Source: the human T2T-CHM13v2.0 reference genome, Homo sapiens
NCBI RefSeq assembly: GCF_009914755.1
Contig: NC_060931.1
DNA: 64,000 nucleotides
Direction: 5' to 3' (one strand)
Below the pieces are notes generated by a model. The model was not told where the DNA came from and ran no database searches. It worked only from the letters and a program-made list of their open reading frames with translations. Positions within the stretch are counted from its first letter, which is position 1. Every line of letters begins with the position of its first letter. Below are positions 62,679-64,000 of this stretch, piece by piece. Both the position numbers and the translations under genes were made by a program.

Positions 62679-63297
62679 AGGAGCAACTGCGATGGTTTTA
62701 TACACAATTCAAGGGCCAGATTAGGGTTGAATAACCTTACACCATTGCCAAAATCATTTCCTTCAGTGCCAAGAGCTACTCAATCTCCTCCCTGTACTTC
62801 AAGGTCCAATTTATTACCTTCTCCTCTAAGAAGCCTTGATCATTGTGAGATGCAAGTGATATCACTGCCTTTGCATACTTATGCATACTCTTCTTCCTAG
62901 ACTCAAGGACCCATTACTTTAAACACTCTCTTTACAATATTTTCTAATCCCGTATCCCTGTATTCATGTGCTCCAAGTGCCCTGCAAATGTTTTGAAGAC
63001 AAAGGTAGTGAAATTGTCCATCCAATGTGGAGAATAAGAGTGGTAGCTGAACAGGCATTGAGAAAAATGTAGAATGACATTTAGATCTCAGCAGAGGTTA
63101 AAAGCAATACATTTTTAGGGACATGAAAAGGGCTGGCTGTGTCTAACAGAGATCTCTGCTTGAACCTAACAGGCTTTAGGAACCTCCTTACCTGGTTTTG
63201 AATTCTGGCTTGATCAGTTACTAGCTTTGCGGACATTTGAGTCATTTTACGTTCCTATTCACATGTTCATCTCGAAAATGGGGATTATAGTAGGTAG

Positions 63298-63602
<305 letters not shown>

Positions 63603-63624
63603 CAGTCTTTTTTATCTGAAATAC

Positions 63625-64000
63625 AAATTGTTCTGTGACCTTGCATCTCTCTCCAGCCAGCCCAACATCTCTTCTTTTTTCTCTGTCATCCGGTTTTTGA
63701 AACAGCACTTTATACTTTCTGCTTTTGTTTCTCTATCTCTTATTTGCTCTGTAAACAGCTACAACCTAAGGTCGCTAATAGTCTGCTCAAATGCCACCTT
63801 CTCAGTAAGACCCTTCTTAATCCCTCAATTTATAATGCCAACCGGCTCCAATTTAAAATAGCTTCACTCCTGGGCACGCTTCATCCTTCTTTTCTGAATT
63901 GTTTGTCTCCGTGGCAGTTACCAACTTCTAAAATACCATGTAATTCATTTATCTGTTTTGTCTATTATCTGCAATCCCCATGAGAATATAAGCTCTATGA
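63625..64000. mobile_element. L2 fragment
   Basis: GTCTGCTCAAATGCCACCTTCTCAG..AGAATATAAGCTCTATGA. Confidence 0.7.

Overview
Human-like (primate) non-coding DNA, intergenic or deep intronic. I found no protein-coding exons, RNA genes or CRISPR arrays. Most ORFs in the track come from Alu, L1, LTR, transposon or simple-repeat sequence. Main content: about 50 Alu/FLAM copies (many with visible TSDs); L1, L2 and MIR fragments; MaLR LTRs (THE1/MST/MLT1) and MLT2 LTRs; a solo LTR12 (ERV9) with a 4-bp TSD, a CCAAT array and an expanded G-rich tract; a collapsed ERV remnant (RNase H, env TM, 3' LTR); a degraded ERVL-class gag-pro-pol on the minus strand; a near full-length Hsmar1 mariner plus two MADE1 MITEs; and a MER57-type LTR. 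Most notable observations: (1) a minisatellite grown from the env cysteine-loop region that now carries 5 perfect ATGCAAAT octamers and 6 palindromic TGCATGCA sites, about 1.7 kb upstream of the LTR12; (2) several locally templated duplications and inversions, including a multi-step template-switch scar at 47.7-48.0 kb; (3) a cluster of Hsmar1 TIRs, which are potential SETMAR sites; (4) repeat-free, motif-dense candidate enhancers. Repeat subfamily names come from remembered consensus sequences and need RepeatMasker/Dfam confirmation. No new biological system can be established from the sequence alone.
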